Origin: an uncultured bacterium | Lineage (GTDB): Bacteria > SAR324 > NAC60-12 | Length of the DNA stretch: 34,910 nt | NCBI GenBank assembly: GCA_964010765.1 | Contig: CAXGMD010000033.1 | Span: 1 to 34,910 of the forward strand | Reading direction: 5' to 3' | Part shown: positions 11,262 to 20,922 of the stretch, piece after piece | Position numbering within the stretch: position 1 is the stretch's first letter | How the letters are laid out: the number at the start of each line of letters is the position of its first letter | Notes under the pieces: generated by a model | What the model was told of the DNA's origin: nothing | Database searches by the model: none | Seen by the model: only the letters and a program-made list of their open reading frames with translations | Program-made: the position numbers and the translations under genes

Positions 11262-11840
11262 ATGGAACACCAACTCCCCGCCCTACCCTATGCCATGGAT
11301 GCCCTCGCACCACACATTTCTGCTGAGACCCTAGAGTTTCACTATGGCAAGCATCATCAAACCTATGTGACCAAGCTCAACGGTCTGATTCCCGGCACAG
11401 AATTCGAGAACATGTCCTTAGAAGATATTGTTGGCAAGTCCAGTGGTGGCGTTTTCAACAATGCAGCCCAGGTTTGGAATCATACCTTCTACTGGAACTG
11501 CCTGAGCCCCAATGGAGGTGGAGCACCCAATGACAAACTCGCTTCAGCGCTGCAGGGCTCCTTTGGCTCTGTTGATGCGTTCAAAGAGCAGTTCACCAAT
11601 TCGGCGGTCAACAACTTCGGCTCTGGATGGACCTGGCTGGTGCAGAATTCCGATGGCAAGCTGGCGCTGGAGAACACAAGCAATGCAGCAACTCCTCTGA
11701 CCGGAGCAAGCACACCATTGCTAACCTGTGATGTCTGGGAACACGCTTACTACATCGACTATCGCAACGCTCGTCCAAAGTATCTGGACGCCTTCTGGAA
11801 TCTCGTGAACTGGGACTTTGTTACAGACAACATGAGCTGA
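11262..11840 (+). CDS. sodB: Superoxide dismutase [Fe]
   Basis: [21 protein letters not shown] (AAQ marks the Fe type), FGSGW and DVWEHAYY motifs. Confidence 0.97.
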   Translation: MEHQLPALPYAMDALAPHISAETLEFHYGKHHQTYVTKLNGLIPGTEFENMSLEDIVGKSSGGVFNNAAQVWNHTFYWNCLSPNGGGAPNDKLASALQGSFGSVDAFKEQFTNSAVNNFGSGWTWLVQNSDGKLALENTSNAATPLTGASTPLLTCDVWEHAYYIDYRNARPKYLDAFWNLVNWDFVTDNMS

Positions 11841-11854
11841 TCGATCTCTCTTTT

Positions 11855-11882
11855 GCAGACCGCTTTTGCTGCTGCGGTCTGC
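11855..11882 (+). terminator. Hairpin after sodB
   Basis: Perfect 9-bp stem GCAGACCGC / GCGGTCTGC with a weak U-tract. Confidence 0.55.
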
Positions 11883-11905
11883 CCTCGCTTGCGGCAAATC
11901 AATCC

Positions 11906-11934
11906 TTGCAATTTCAATAGCAGTTTCTTACACT
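11906..11934 (+). promoter_or_regulatory. Sigma70 promoter of hppA
   Basis: TTGCAA (11906-11911), 17 nt, TACACT (11929-11934). Implies a 5' UTR of about 150 nt. Confidence 0.7.
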
Positions 11935-11949
11935 TAACGGCTTTCCATT

Positions 11950-12040
11950 TGGCGACTCCTCCTCTGGAAGAGCATGGAGCCTCGGAGGCGTAGCCTGCAC
12001 CAGAGAAGTCCGGAACACGCTACAAGCGCGTCTAGCCTTC
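11950..12040 (+). ncRNA. Candidate structured cis-regulatory leader of hppA
   Basis: Nested pairings GACU/AGUC, CUCUGG/CCAGAG, GCA/UGC, GG/CC and GCCU/AGGC, plus a small hairpin CGCU-ACA-AGCG. Confidence 0.4.
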
Positions 12041-12089
12041 ACTCCTTTCCTTCTGTTTCCACCTCATTTCTCAACGGAGTAAGTCTCTC

Positions 12090-14216
12090 ATGACCATTTC
12101 GCTCATTTTGGTCCTGTCGGTCTTTGGACTGCTGATCGCCCTGTATTACGCCCGTCAGGTCTCGCAAATTCCATTGACTCAGGGTATCTCTGACCCTGCT
12201 GAAGCAGAACGTCTGCGCAAGATTCACGGTGCGATCTCCAAGGGGGCGATGGCCTTCCTGACCCAAGAATATCGCTACATGATCTATTTCATGGTGGCAT
12301 TCGCAGTTCTGATTTCATTTTTAGTGGATGATCCACACACTGCCAATCTGAACGAGGGTCTGTATACAGCGCTCTCATTTCTGCTTGGAGCCGGTGTGTC
12401 TATGGTCTCTGGCTTTATCGGAATGAAGATTGCGACGATTGGCAATGCACGCACAACAGTTTCAGCAAAAACATCAATCTCCCGTGCTTTCCAGGTTGCC
12501 TTGCAGTCTGGTGCAGTGATGGGTTTCGGCTTGGTTGGTTTGGCCGTGCTCGGGCTGATGGGTGTGTACCTGATGTTGGTGGGCTTGCTACCTTCTGGAG
12601 TAGATACGCACATCCTCATGGAAGTCATGGCAGGTTTTGGTCTGGGAGGTTCCTCGATTGCCCTATTTGGTCGTGTGGGTGGAGGTATTTTTACCAAGGC
12701 TGCAGATGTTGGCGCAGATCTAGTCGGTAAAGTAGAGCAAGGGATTCCAGAAGATGACCCACGCAATCCTGCGGTGATTGCGGATAACGTTGGTGACAAT
12801 GTTGGTGATGTGGCTGGAATGGGCGCGGATCTTTTTGGTTCCTGTGCTGAAAGTACTTGTGCTGCGCTGGTGATTGGTGCTGTTGCTTTTGCCACCAATC
12901 TGGAAGCTTTACTTTTCCCGATCCTAATCACTGCGATTGGTATTCCATTAGCGCTAGCCACGATGTTCACAGCAAGGGTGCAAGAAGAGAAAGACGTGGC
13001 TCCAACTCTCAAGAAGATGTTGATCGTCTCCACGATTCTCAGCGTGGTCGTGATGTTCTTCGTGACCAAGTGGGCGCTTCCTGCGACTTTTGTGATCAGT
13101 GGCTCAGAATATACCAATCTTGGTATCTACTGGTGCTACTTTGCTGGTGCAGTTGCTGGACTGGCTGTTGGTCTCCTAACGGAATACTATACATCCCACG
13201 ACTTTGCACCTGTTCGGGAAGTAGCTAAAGCTTCGGAAACTGGGGCGGCCACCAATATAATTTTTGGCCTGGCACTTGGTTATCACAGTTCTGTTGGGTC
13301 GATTCTAGCGATTGCTGTCAGTATTTATGTGCCATTCTACTTTGGTGGGATGTACGGAGTAGCGATTGCTGCCTTGGGTATGCTCAGCACTCTGATCATT
13401 GGTTTGACGATCGACGCCTACGGTCCAGTGGCTGACAATGCTGGTGGTATCGCGGAAATGAGCGGAATGGAAGAGGGTGTGCGCAAGCGTACCGACGTGC
13501 TGGATGCTGCTGGTAACACAACCGCTGCGATTGGCAAAGGCTTCGCAATTGGTTCCGCGATCCTGACGGCCTTAGCTCTGTTTGCGGCCTTCCTGACCCG
13601 TGCTGACTATCTGCAGCCAGATGTTGACCTGATGGCTAGCATCAGCTTGCTGGATCCATTGGTACTGACCGGCCTCTTCGTCGGCGCCATGCTGCCCTTC
13701 CTCTTCTCAGCAATGACCATGAAGTCTGTTGGAAAAGCAGCCTTTGACATGATTGAGGAAGTACGCCGTCAGTTTCGGACGATTGATGGCATCATGGAGG
13801 GCAAGGCCGAACCAGACTACGCACAATGTGTCGCTATTTCGACCAAGGCTGCCGTCCGTGAAATGATTCCTCCCGGTATCCTGATTTTAGGTACTCCAAT
13901 CCTTGTGGGCTTCCTTTTCGGTATTCCTGCACTCGCCGGAGTATTAGCCGGTTCATTGGTCGCTGGTGGGGTTTTGGCAATTTCTTCAGCCAACTCTGGA
14001 GGAGCCTGGGACAATGCCAAGAAGTACATTGAAGCCGGGAACCTGGGTGGAAAGGGAACCGATACTCACAAAGCCGCTGTGGTTGGTGACACGGTGGGTG
14101 ATCCTTTGAAAGACACCTCTGGTCCTTCGCTGAACATTCTGATCAAGCTGTCAGCGATTCTCAGCCTTGTCTTTGTTCCCTTCTTCGTAGAATACGGTGG
14201 ATTATTGGTCAACTGA
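12090..14216 (+). CDS. hppA: Membrane-bound K+-dependent H+-translocating pyrophosphatase
   Basis: [46 protein letters not shown] and GDTVGDP motifs. GNTTAA marks K+ dependence. Many TM segments. Confidence 0.97.
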   Translation: MTISLILVLSVFGLLIALYYARQVSQIPLTQGISDPAEAERLRKIHGAISKGAMAFLTQEYRYMIYFMVAFAVLISFLVDDPHTANLNEGLYTALSFLLGAGVSMVSGFIGMKIATIGNARTTVSAKTSISRAFQVALQSGAVMGFGLVGLAVLGLMGVYLMLVGLLPSGVDTHILMEVMAGFGLGGSSIALFGRVGGGIFTKAADVGADLVGKVEQGIPEDDPRNPAVIADNVGDNVGDVAGMGADLFGSCAESTCAALVIGAVAFATNLEALLFPILITAIGIPLALATMFTARVQEEKDVAPTLKKMLIVSTILSVVVMFFVTKWALPATFVISGSEYTNLGIYWCYFAGAVAGLAVGLLTEYYTSHDFAPVREVAKASETGAATNIIFGLALGYHSSVGSILAIAVSIYVPFYFGGMYGVAIAALGMLSTLIIGLTIDAYGPVADNAGGIAEMSGMEEGVRKRTDVLDAAGNTTAAIGKGFAIGSAILTALALFAAFLTRADYLQPDVDLMASISLLDPLVLTGLFVGAMLPFLFSAMTMKSVGKAAFDMIEEVRRQFRTIDGIMEGKAEPDYAQCVAISTKAAVREMIPPGILILGTPILVGFLFGIPALAGVLAGSLVAGGVLAISSANSGGAWDNAKKYIEAGNLGGKGTDTHKAAVVGDTVGDPLKDTSGPSLNILIKLSAILSLVFVPFFVEYGGLLVN

Positions 14217-14242
14217 GACCAACTACCAGATTCCCTCTTTTC

Positions 14243-14270
14243 AGGCTAGCCGACCACCGGCTAGCCTCTT
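14243..14270 (+). terminator. Terminator-like hairpin after hppA
   Basis: Perfect 10-bp stem AGGCTAGCCG-accac-CGGCTAGCCT. Confidence 0.65.
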
Positions 14271-14363
14271 CCTGCCCCATTTTTGCCACAAAAATATTGC
14301 TCTCTGTTAGTGCTTCTTAGATGATGTTGATTTTTGTGACTTTTTGTTAGCTTTCGTGGAGTT

Positions 14364-17141
14364 ATGCCCATGAATTCAGAGGAATCCGCATTTTCCCAAG
14401 ATCAGCAAAACCGTGAAATTACGCTGGCCAACATGGCCTCCTATTATCGGGTTCTGTTGGAGAACGTACCGGATGCCCTGTTTGTCCTGAATACCGAGTG
14501 GAAGATCACCTTTGCCAATACCTGGGCTGAGGAAATCTTTGGCTATAGCCGGGAAGATCTGGATCTGCGGAGTCTTGCTGACCTGCTGATCCAACCGACA
14601 CAGGCAATGCCAAAAATTCAGGAAATCACACTGCTGCCTCCAGATGGTCAGGGTCGAAGTGTTGAGTGCTTTGCAAGACATCAGTCTGGAAACGTTCTCC
14701 CAGTAGAAATCAGCGCAGTTCGCTCCCAGACTAGTCAGGGTACGATGATCATGGTTTCTGTGCGGGAAATCAGCGCTCGAAAGCAGGCTGAGCAGACCAT
14801 GCGCAAACTCTCACATGCGGTTCGCTTTAGCTCAGCAATGACGATCATTGCGGATCGTAGCGGTTGTATTGAATACGTGAACCGGAAGTTCATCGAAGTC
14901 ACCGGTTTTGCGGAGGAAGATGTTTGTGGTCAGCAGATGGTGCAATTCTATCAGACAGACTCGACAAGCAATGCGTATGGAGAACTCTGGGAGACAGTCA
15001 CTGTAGGACAAGAATGGCAGGGAGAGCTCCAGGCTCGCCGCAAAAACAATCAGGACTACTGGGCAAGAATGTTGGTGGCTCCTGTGCTGGAGGATAACGG
15101 AGATCTCAGCAGTGTGGTTGTGATGCAGGAAGATATTACGGTCCAGAAGCAGTATGAGCGAAGTCTGCACGAAGCGATGGAAGCGGCCAAGGCCGCCAAT
15201 GCAGCCAAGAGCGAGTTTCTCGCCAATATGAGCCATGAAATCCGCACGCCGTTGAACGCGGTCATTGGGCTCGCTCAACTGTGTATCCAAACCCGACTGA
15301 ATCCACAGCAACGTGACTATCTGGACAAGATTGCGAGTTCAGCACAGTCACTGCTTGGCATCATCAACGATATTCTTGACTTCTCTAAAATTGAAGCCAA
15401 CAAGCTGGAGTTGGAAGAAACAAACTTTAGCCTCGACTCAGTGTTCAAGAATGTCTCAACGATGCTCTCGATCCGAGCGCTGGAAAAAAATATTGAGTTG
15501 CTTTTCGACGTGCCACCAAGTCTTCCAGAACAGCTGGTTGGAGATCCCTTGCGGCTTGGTCAGATTCTGACAAACCTGACCAATAATGCAGTCAAGTTTA
15601 CCGAACGGGGTGAGGTTGTCATTGCCGTTGAAGAGTTGGAACGTGCGACAGAAATCATCCGGTTACGCTTTACGGTTCGGGACACGGGCATTGGTATTCC
15701 CGCAGAGCAGCTGTCCCAGTTGTTCCGATCCTTTACTCAGGTCGATTCATCGACTACTCGGAAGTATGGTGGTACAGGGCTGGGTCTAGTAATCTGCAAG
15801 CGACTCGTGGAGATGATGGGAGGAGAGATTCGTGTGCAGAGTACCGTGCACCAAGGGACTTCATTTTCTTTTGAGTTGAGCCTGAGAATGGCTTCTTCCC
15901 GTCCAGTTTCCCGTCAGATGATTGCCAACTGCAGAAATCTGCGTGCTCTCATTGTGGATGACAATCGGACCTCGTGCCAGATCCTGGAGCAGCAATTACA
16001 GGCCTTGGAATTACAAACGGAGGCTGTGCATTCTGGTGAGGAAGCTCTACGAAGAGTAGGACGGGGAGCTTTTGATTTGGTATTGATTGACTGGCGCCTC
16101 GGTGGTGGGATGGATGGCATTCGCACAGCTAAACTGATTGGGAGCGAGTTGGAGTTGGAAAAGTTGCCAAAAATCCTGCTGGTGACGGCCTACGGTCGTG
16201 ACGATCTTTGGCCTCGGGCACAGCAGGCAGGAGTTGGTGGGATGCTGATCAAGCCGATTCAAAAGCTGGCCCTGCATACAGCTCTCAACAATCTACTCCA
16301 GCCGAATGCAGATTCTGATGGCACAGATTCTTTCCAAAGTAACAAGATGGCGGAGCCAGATCTCAGCAAAATTCGTGGATCACGAATTCTATTGGTTGAG
16401 GATAACGAACTCAATCAGCAACTGGCTACCGAACTGCTCCGGCAGCGCAATTTCGTGGTAGATGTAGCTCCGAACGGTCAGGAGGCCCTCAATGTTTTAC
16501 GACGCCAGTCCTATGATCTAGTATTGATGGACGTACAAATGCCTGTGATGGACGGCTATGAAGCAACTCGCTTCTTGCGGCGCTTACCACAATTCAAGGA
16601 GTTGCCCATCATCGCTATGACCGCCAACGCTCTTCATACAGACCGTGAGCAGGCGCTAGAAGTGGGAATGAACGATCATATTCCCAAGCCCATTGAGTTG
16701 CAGCTATTGTTGAGCAAACTGCTCCAATGGATTCCACCCAAGAAAAATGAGACAACCGTGCCGACCAATCAACCGCTGGAGTCACCACCAAAAGAATTGC
16801 CTGCCAATGTTCCTGGGCTAGCGATCGCAACCGCTCTGAATCGTCTGAACCAGAATACCTCGCTTTACCTGCGTCTATTGGATGTCTTTCAGCGTAACCA
16901 GTCTAACACGGCGGAAAAGATGCAGGAATTACTGGCGGAAGAAAATCTGGTTGAAGCTGCTCGGCGCGCCCATACCCTGAAGGGAATTGCTGGTAGTCTG
17001 GGAGCTAAGGGACTGGAGACAGCGTCTCGCAATGCTGAAGCACAACTGCGTGAAGGCATCGTGGTTCCGGATTCACTGGCTACGCTGGAAAAAGAACTCA
17101 AACAGGTTCTGAAAGCTGTAGCAGATTTACTGGCACGCTGA
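14364..17141 (+). CDS. Cytoplasmic hybrid histidine kinase (PAS-PAS-HisKA-HATPase-REC-REC-HPt)
   Basis: FLANMSHEIRTPLN H-box; NAVKFT, DTGIG and GGTGLGL boxes; two receivers (VLIDW, VLMDVQMP); HPt AHTLKG. No TM segments. Confidence 0.95.
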   Translation: MPMNSEESAFSQDQQNREITLANMASYYRVLLENVPDALFVLNTEWKITFANTWAEEIFGYSREDLDLRSLADLLIQPTQAMPKIQEITLLPPDGQGRSVECFARHQSGNVLPVEISAVRSQTSQGTMIMVSVREISARKQAEQTMRKLSHAVRFSSAMTIIADRSGCIEYVNRKFIEVTGFAEEDVCGQQMVQFYQTDSTSNAYGELWETVTVGQEWQGELQARRKNNQDYWARMLVAPVLEDNGDLSSVVVMQEDITVQKQYERSLHEAMEAAKAANAAKSEFLANMSHEIRTPLNAVIGLAQLCIQTRLNPQQRDYLDKIASSAQSLLGIINDILDFSKIEANKLELEETNFSLDSVFKNVSTMLSIRALEKNIELLFDVPPSLPEQLVGDPLRLGQILTNLTNNAVKFTERGEVVIAVEELERATEIIRLRFTVRDTGIGIPAEQLSQLFRSFTQVDSSTTRKYGGTGLGLVICKRLVEMMGGEIRVQSTVHQGTSFSFELSLRMASSRPVSRQMIANCRNLRALIVDDNRTSCQILEQQLQALELQTEAVHSGEEALRRVGRGAFDLVLIDWRLGGGMDGIRTAKLIGSELELEKLPKILLVTAYGRDDLWPRAQQAGVGGMLIKPIQKLALHTALNNLLQPNADSDGTDSFQSNKMAEPDLSKIRGSRILLVEDNELNQQLATELLRQRNFVVDVAPNGQEALNVLRRQSYDLVLMDVQMPVMDGYEATRFLRRLPQFKELPIIAMTANALHTDREQALEVGMNDHIPKPIELQLLLSKLLQWIPPKKNETTVPTNQPLESPPKELPANVPGLAIATALNRLNQNTSLYLRLLDVFQRNQSNTAEKMQELLAEENLVEAARRAHTLKGIAGSLGAKGLETASRNAEAQLREGIVVPDSLATLEKELKQVLKAVADLLAR

Positions 17142-17199
17142 GATGTGTGATCAGTAAAAAATATCCGCTAGACCATCTGATTGTCCATTCCGGGATAGA

Positions 17200-18783
17200 G
17201 TGGATGTCAACCTGCTACTGTTGAAGACGCACAAAGCCAAAATGATAGAAGCCAAACTCCTCGATTGCTGTGACCGCTTGACAGATGCTGTGAGTATGCA
17301 GGCAATGGATTGCCGAGCGATTGAGGAACTCGGGCTACCTGGCCTACTGCTAATGGAGAATGCGGCTCGTGCTGTCGCAGATTTGGTGGAACAACGCTAT
17401 CCAAACTCCAGGAGAATCTGTGTCTGCTGTGGAAGCGGCAATAATGGTGGAGATGGTTATGCGGCAGCTCGTCTATTGGCCAACCGAGGCTATTCTGTTT
17501 CGGTAGTCTGCCTTCAGGAACCTCACACTCCAGATGCTCAGCAGAACTTCAGTCTTTGGCAAAATTTTGGTCCCACTCTGACTTTCCCAGAACCTGCTGC
17601 AGCACAAGCCATTGAAGAAGCAGACGTTGTTCTGGATGCTATCTTTGGAGTTGGCCTGCAACGTCCTATTGTTGGTCTATATGCAGATTGGATTGCAGCC
17701 ATCAATGCCAGCCCTGCAGAAGTAATCGGTGTAGACTTACCTTCAGGGATTTCGGCAGATGACAGTCAGATACTGGGAACAGCAACACGCTGTAAATCTA
17801 CGGTCACTTTTCAGATTCCCAAGATTGGATTGTGGCAACATCCTGGCCGCGAACAAGCTGGAGAGATTCATGTTGTCGATGTCTGCATTCCTCCGCATTG
17901 GCGAACTGGGGAGAAGTCCACTCACCTGTTGACAGAGGATTTTTTTCGACAAGCTCTTCCAAAACGTCCGATCACAGCCCATAAGGGAACTTTTGGCCAT
18001 TTGCTGGTGCTGGGTGGTCAGGCAGGAATGGCAGGTGCGGTACAATTAGCGAGTCAAGCAGCCTTGCAGGTAGGAACCGGACTAGTCACTGCAGCAGTAC
18101 CAGGCGCTTTGCGAGATCGGCTTCTCCGCGTTCCAGAAGTGATGACTTGGTCAGCATCTCAGACAAAAGATGTTTGGCAAGTGAGTGCGCTATCCGAACT
18201 AAAACCCCAATTACCGCGCTACAACGCGCTGGTTGTGGGCTGTGGAATCGGTACCAGCGAGGAAATCCCAGCATTGTTGGAGGGGATTTTATTAGAAGTG
18301 AGGAAGCTGCCCGTTCTGATTGATGCTGATGGACTGAATGCGCTTGATTCGGATTGGCTTCGTGAAAGAGAAATTCCGGCTGTACTGACACCACATCCGG
18401 GAGAGTTGTCCCGCTTGATTGGCCAGCCTATCTCAGAATTTCAGCAACAACGTGTGGCTACCGTGCGTTACTGGGCGCAGATGTGGGGAGTAGTTCTGCT
18501 GCTCAAGGGAGCACTCACGGTGATTGGTACTCCAGATGGACAGGTCTTCATCAATCCTACAGGCAATCCGGGAATGGCAACAGCAGGTTCTGGAGATGTA
18601 CTCAGTGGGATGATTGGCGGACTACTGGCGCAAGGATTGAATCCTTTGGAGGCAACCTTAGTTGGTTGTTGGTGGCATGGAGCTGCTGGGGATTGGCAGG
18701 CGAAACGGTCGGGCGAAGTTGGGTTGACAGCCGGTAAGTTAATCGAAGGAATCAGTCCTGTGTGGCAACAGGCAGCATTTTGA
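17200..18783 (+). CDS. nnr: Bifunctional NAD(P)H-hydrate epimerase/dehydratase (YjeF)
   Basis: LMENAA, GSGNNGGDG, DAIFGVG, VDLPSG, HKGTFG, IDADGL, TPHPGE and AGSGDVL motifs. The start may be the ATG at 17242. Confidence 0.95.
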   Translation: MDVNLLLLKTHKAKMIEAKLLDCCDRLTDAVSMQAMDCRAIEELGLPGLLLMENAARAVADLVEQRYPNSRRICVCCGSGNNGGDGYAAARLLANRGYSVSVVCLQEPHTPDAQQNFSLWQNFGPTLTFPEPAAAQAIEEADVVLDAIFGVGLQRPIVGLYADWIAAINASPAEVIGVDLPSGISADDSQILGTATRCKSTVTFQIPKIGLWQHPGREQAGEIHVVDVCIPPHWRTGEKSTHLLTEDFFRQALPKRPITAHKGTFGHLLVLGGQAGMAGAVQLASQAALQVGTGLVTAAVPGALRDRLLRVPEVMTWSASQTKDVWQVSALSELKPQLPRYNALVVGCGIGTSEEIPALLEGILLEVRKLPVLIDADGLNALDSDWLREREIPAVLTPHPGELSRLIGQPISEFQQQRVATVRYWAQMWGVVLLLKGALTVIGTPDGQVFINPTGNPGMATAGSGDVLSGMIGGLLAQGLNPLEATLVGCWWHGAAGDWQAKRSGEVGLTAGKLIEGISPVWQQAAF

Positions 18784-19126
18784 ATAGTTCTGCTGGTAGT
18801 TGCTGAGCAAAAGGATATTCAACCAACTGATTCAAGCCGAGTCTTTCGGCTGTTTCGGCAAATTCTGAGGGAAGTTCTTTCAGAGAAAAACCAAGCAGGA
18901 TCAAATGCGCACAATCGGGTTCTGTGCGAACCAAGCGCACCAGTTCCAATCCGTCCATCACAGGCAGTTCCAGATTCAGCAAAACAACATCTGGTTTGTT
19001 CATGACGGAGTTAGCGAAGCCTTCCCAGCCATTGAAAGCGACTTCCAACTGGAAGTGTTCCGAAAGTTGGTGTTGAATCTCCCCCAAGCGTGTCAGATCG
19101 TGATCAACGTAAAGCAGATTGGGCAT
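18752..19126 (-). CDS. Single-domain pseudo-receiver (Asp-less response regulator)
   Basis: CheY-like pattern (LLYVDHD...KPDVVLLNLELPVMDGLEL), but the phospho-acceptor Asp is Asn and the conserved KP is YP. Start set at ATG 19126. Confidence 0.85.
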   Translation of the reverse strand: MPNLLYVDHDLTRLGEIQHQLSEHFQLEVAFNGWEGFANSVMNKPDVVLLNLELPVMDGLELVRLVRTEPDCAHLILLGFSLKELPSEFAETAERLGLNQLVEYPFAQQLPAELFKMLPVATQD

Positions 19127-19313
19127 GCAGATTTTTTTAGGCAGAAGAGATTTGCAAATCAACAACTAGACTGTATATAGAGAAGCCTTGCGATTCGCAA
19201 GCCGCAGACCTCGCTGACTTGCTCTTCATGGCAATGGGCCGGAGTGTCCTGCCAAGCTCCTCTCAATAACAGATTTCCTGCCGATAGCGTCCATCACCAG
19301 TCGATATTCAACT

Positions 19314-20918
19314 ATGCAGACCAAATTTATCTTCATCACCGGTGGCGTTGTTTCGGGCCTGGGCAAGGGCATTGCCGGGGCCTCCATTGGTGCCTTGCTC
19401 GAGAGTCGTGGCCTAACTGTCAGTCTGATGAAACTAGATCCTTACATCAATATTGATGCAGGAACCATGAATCCCTTCCAACACGGTGAGGTTTACGTTA
19501 CCGAGGATGGGGCAGAGACTGATTTGGATTTGGGTCATTACGAGCGCTATACCAATGCCGTCGTGTCTCGAGTTCACAACTGCACAACGGGGCAGATCTA
19601 CGACAAAATCATTCGCAAGGAACGGGCCGGTGAATACCTGGGTGCAACTGTTCAGGTTGTGCCTCATGTGATTGATGAGATCAAGGAAGCAGTGCTTCGG
19701 GCTAGTGATAATGTAGATATCGCCATCGTGGAAATCGGCGGCACCGTCGGTGATATTGAGTCCTTACCCTTTCTAGAGGCGATCCGTCAGTTTCGTCATG
19801 ATTATGGTCGTGAAAACACTCTCTACATTCACCTCACGCTGATCATCTATACGACAGAAATGAAGACCAAGCCAACCCAGCACAGTGTCGGCAAACTACG
19901 GGAAATTGGAATTCAGCCAGATATGCTGATCTGCAGGACACCAGAACCTTTACCGGATAAGTTGCGTGAGAAGATCGCCTTGTTCACCAATGTCCCTGTT
20001 GATGCAGTGATTGATGGGTTGGATGTTGATTTTCTCTATGAGATTCCGCTCGTCTATCACAAGCAGAAGCTTGATGACAAAATCATTGAGTTGCTGCAGA
20101 TGTGGACACGACGCCCAAAGCTTCAGAATTGGGTGGATATTGTGGAAGCCTACAAGGAGCCAATTGACGAAATTACCATTGCCTTTGTTGGAAAGTACGT
20201 CAATCAGCGGGACACCTATGAAAGCCTCAACGAAGCGCTCGTACATGGCTGTATTGCCTGTAACCTTCGTCTGAACCTGATCTATATCAACTCCGAGGAA
20301 ATCACGGAAAAAACCGTTGGGCCAATGCTAGCTCCCGCTCATGCTGTATTGGTTGCACCAGGCTTTGGAGAACGTGGTACAGAAGGAAAAATTTTGGCTG
20401 TTCAGCACGCACGAGAACAGCAAATTCCTTTCTTTGGCATTTGTCTGGGAATGCAGATGGCAGTGATTGAATTTGCGCGCAATGTTGCCAATCTGAAAGA
20501 TGCCAATTCTGGAGAATTCCGGAGTCCCCATGATGAAAATGTGATTGATTTAATGCCAGAGCAGCAAGGACAACAAAATACTGGCGGATCAATGCGTCTT
20601 GGAGCATATACAGCCCACTTGCGGGAAGGAACTCAAATTGCGCAAATCTATGCTAAGCCAGAGATTCGTGAGCGTCATCGTCATCGCTATGAAGTGATGA
20701 ACGAATTTGTTCCTCAACTAGAATCGGCAGGTTTGGTGATTTCTGGCAGAAATCCAGATCGCGACCTGGTAGAAACCATTGAATTGGCAGATCACCCTTG
20801 GTTCATTGGCTGCCAGTACCATCCAGAGTTGAAATCAAAACCCTTCGCCCCACATCCGTTGTTTGTTTCCTTCTCACGTGCATCTCTGCACTACAAGCAA
20901 AACTCCTCCATAAGGTGA
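19314..20918 (+). CDS. pyrG: CTP synthase
   Basis: ITGGVVSGLGKG, KLDPYIN, ETDLDLGHYER, KTKPTQHSV, GICLGMQ, ERHRHRYE and QYHPE motifs. Confidence 0.99.
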   Translation: MQTKFIFITGGVVSGLGKGIAGASIGALLESRGLTVSLMKLDPYINIDAGTMNPFQHGEVYVTEDGAETDLDLGHYERYTNAVVSRVHNCTTGQIYDKIIRKERAGEYLGATVQVVPHVIDEIKEAVLRASDNVDIAIVEIGGTVGDIESLPFLEAIRQFRHDYGRENTLYIHLTLIIYTTEMKTKPTQHSVGKLREIGIQPDMLICRTPEPLPDKLREKIALFTNVPVDAVIDGLDVDFLYEIPLVYHKQKLDDKIIELLQMWTRRPKLQNWVDIVEAYKEPIDEITIAFVGKYVNQRDTYESLNEALVHGCIACNLRLNLIYINSEEITEKTVGPMLAPAHAVLVAPGFGERGTEGKILAVQHAREQQIPFFGICLGMQMAVIEFARNVANLKDANSGEFRSPHDENVIDLMPEQQGQQNTGGSMRLGAYTAHLREGTQIAQIYAKPEIRERHRHRYEVMNEFVPQLESAGLVISGRNPDRDLVETIELADHPWFIGCQYHPELKSKPFAPHPLFVSFSRASLHYKQNSSIR

Positions 20919-20922
20919 CACT

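Noticed and set aside
11950..12050. SRP RNA or fluoride riboswitch
   Set aside because: It lacks the SRP GNRA loop with CAGG/AGCA and the crcB 3' GAUGAC consensus. Kept only as an unclassified candidate.
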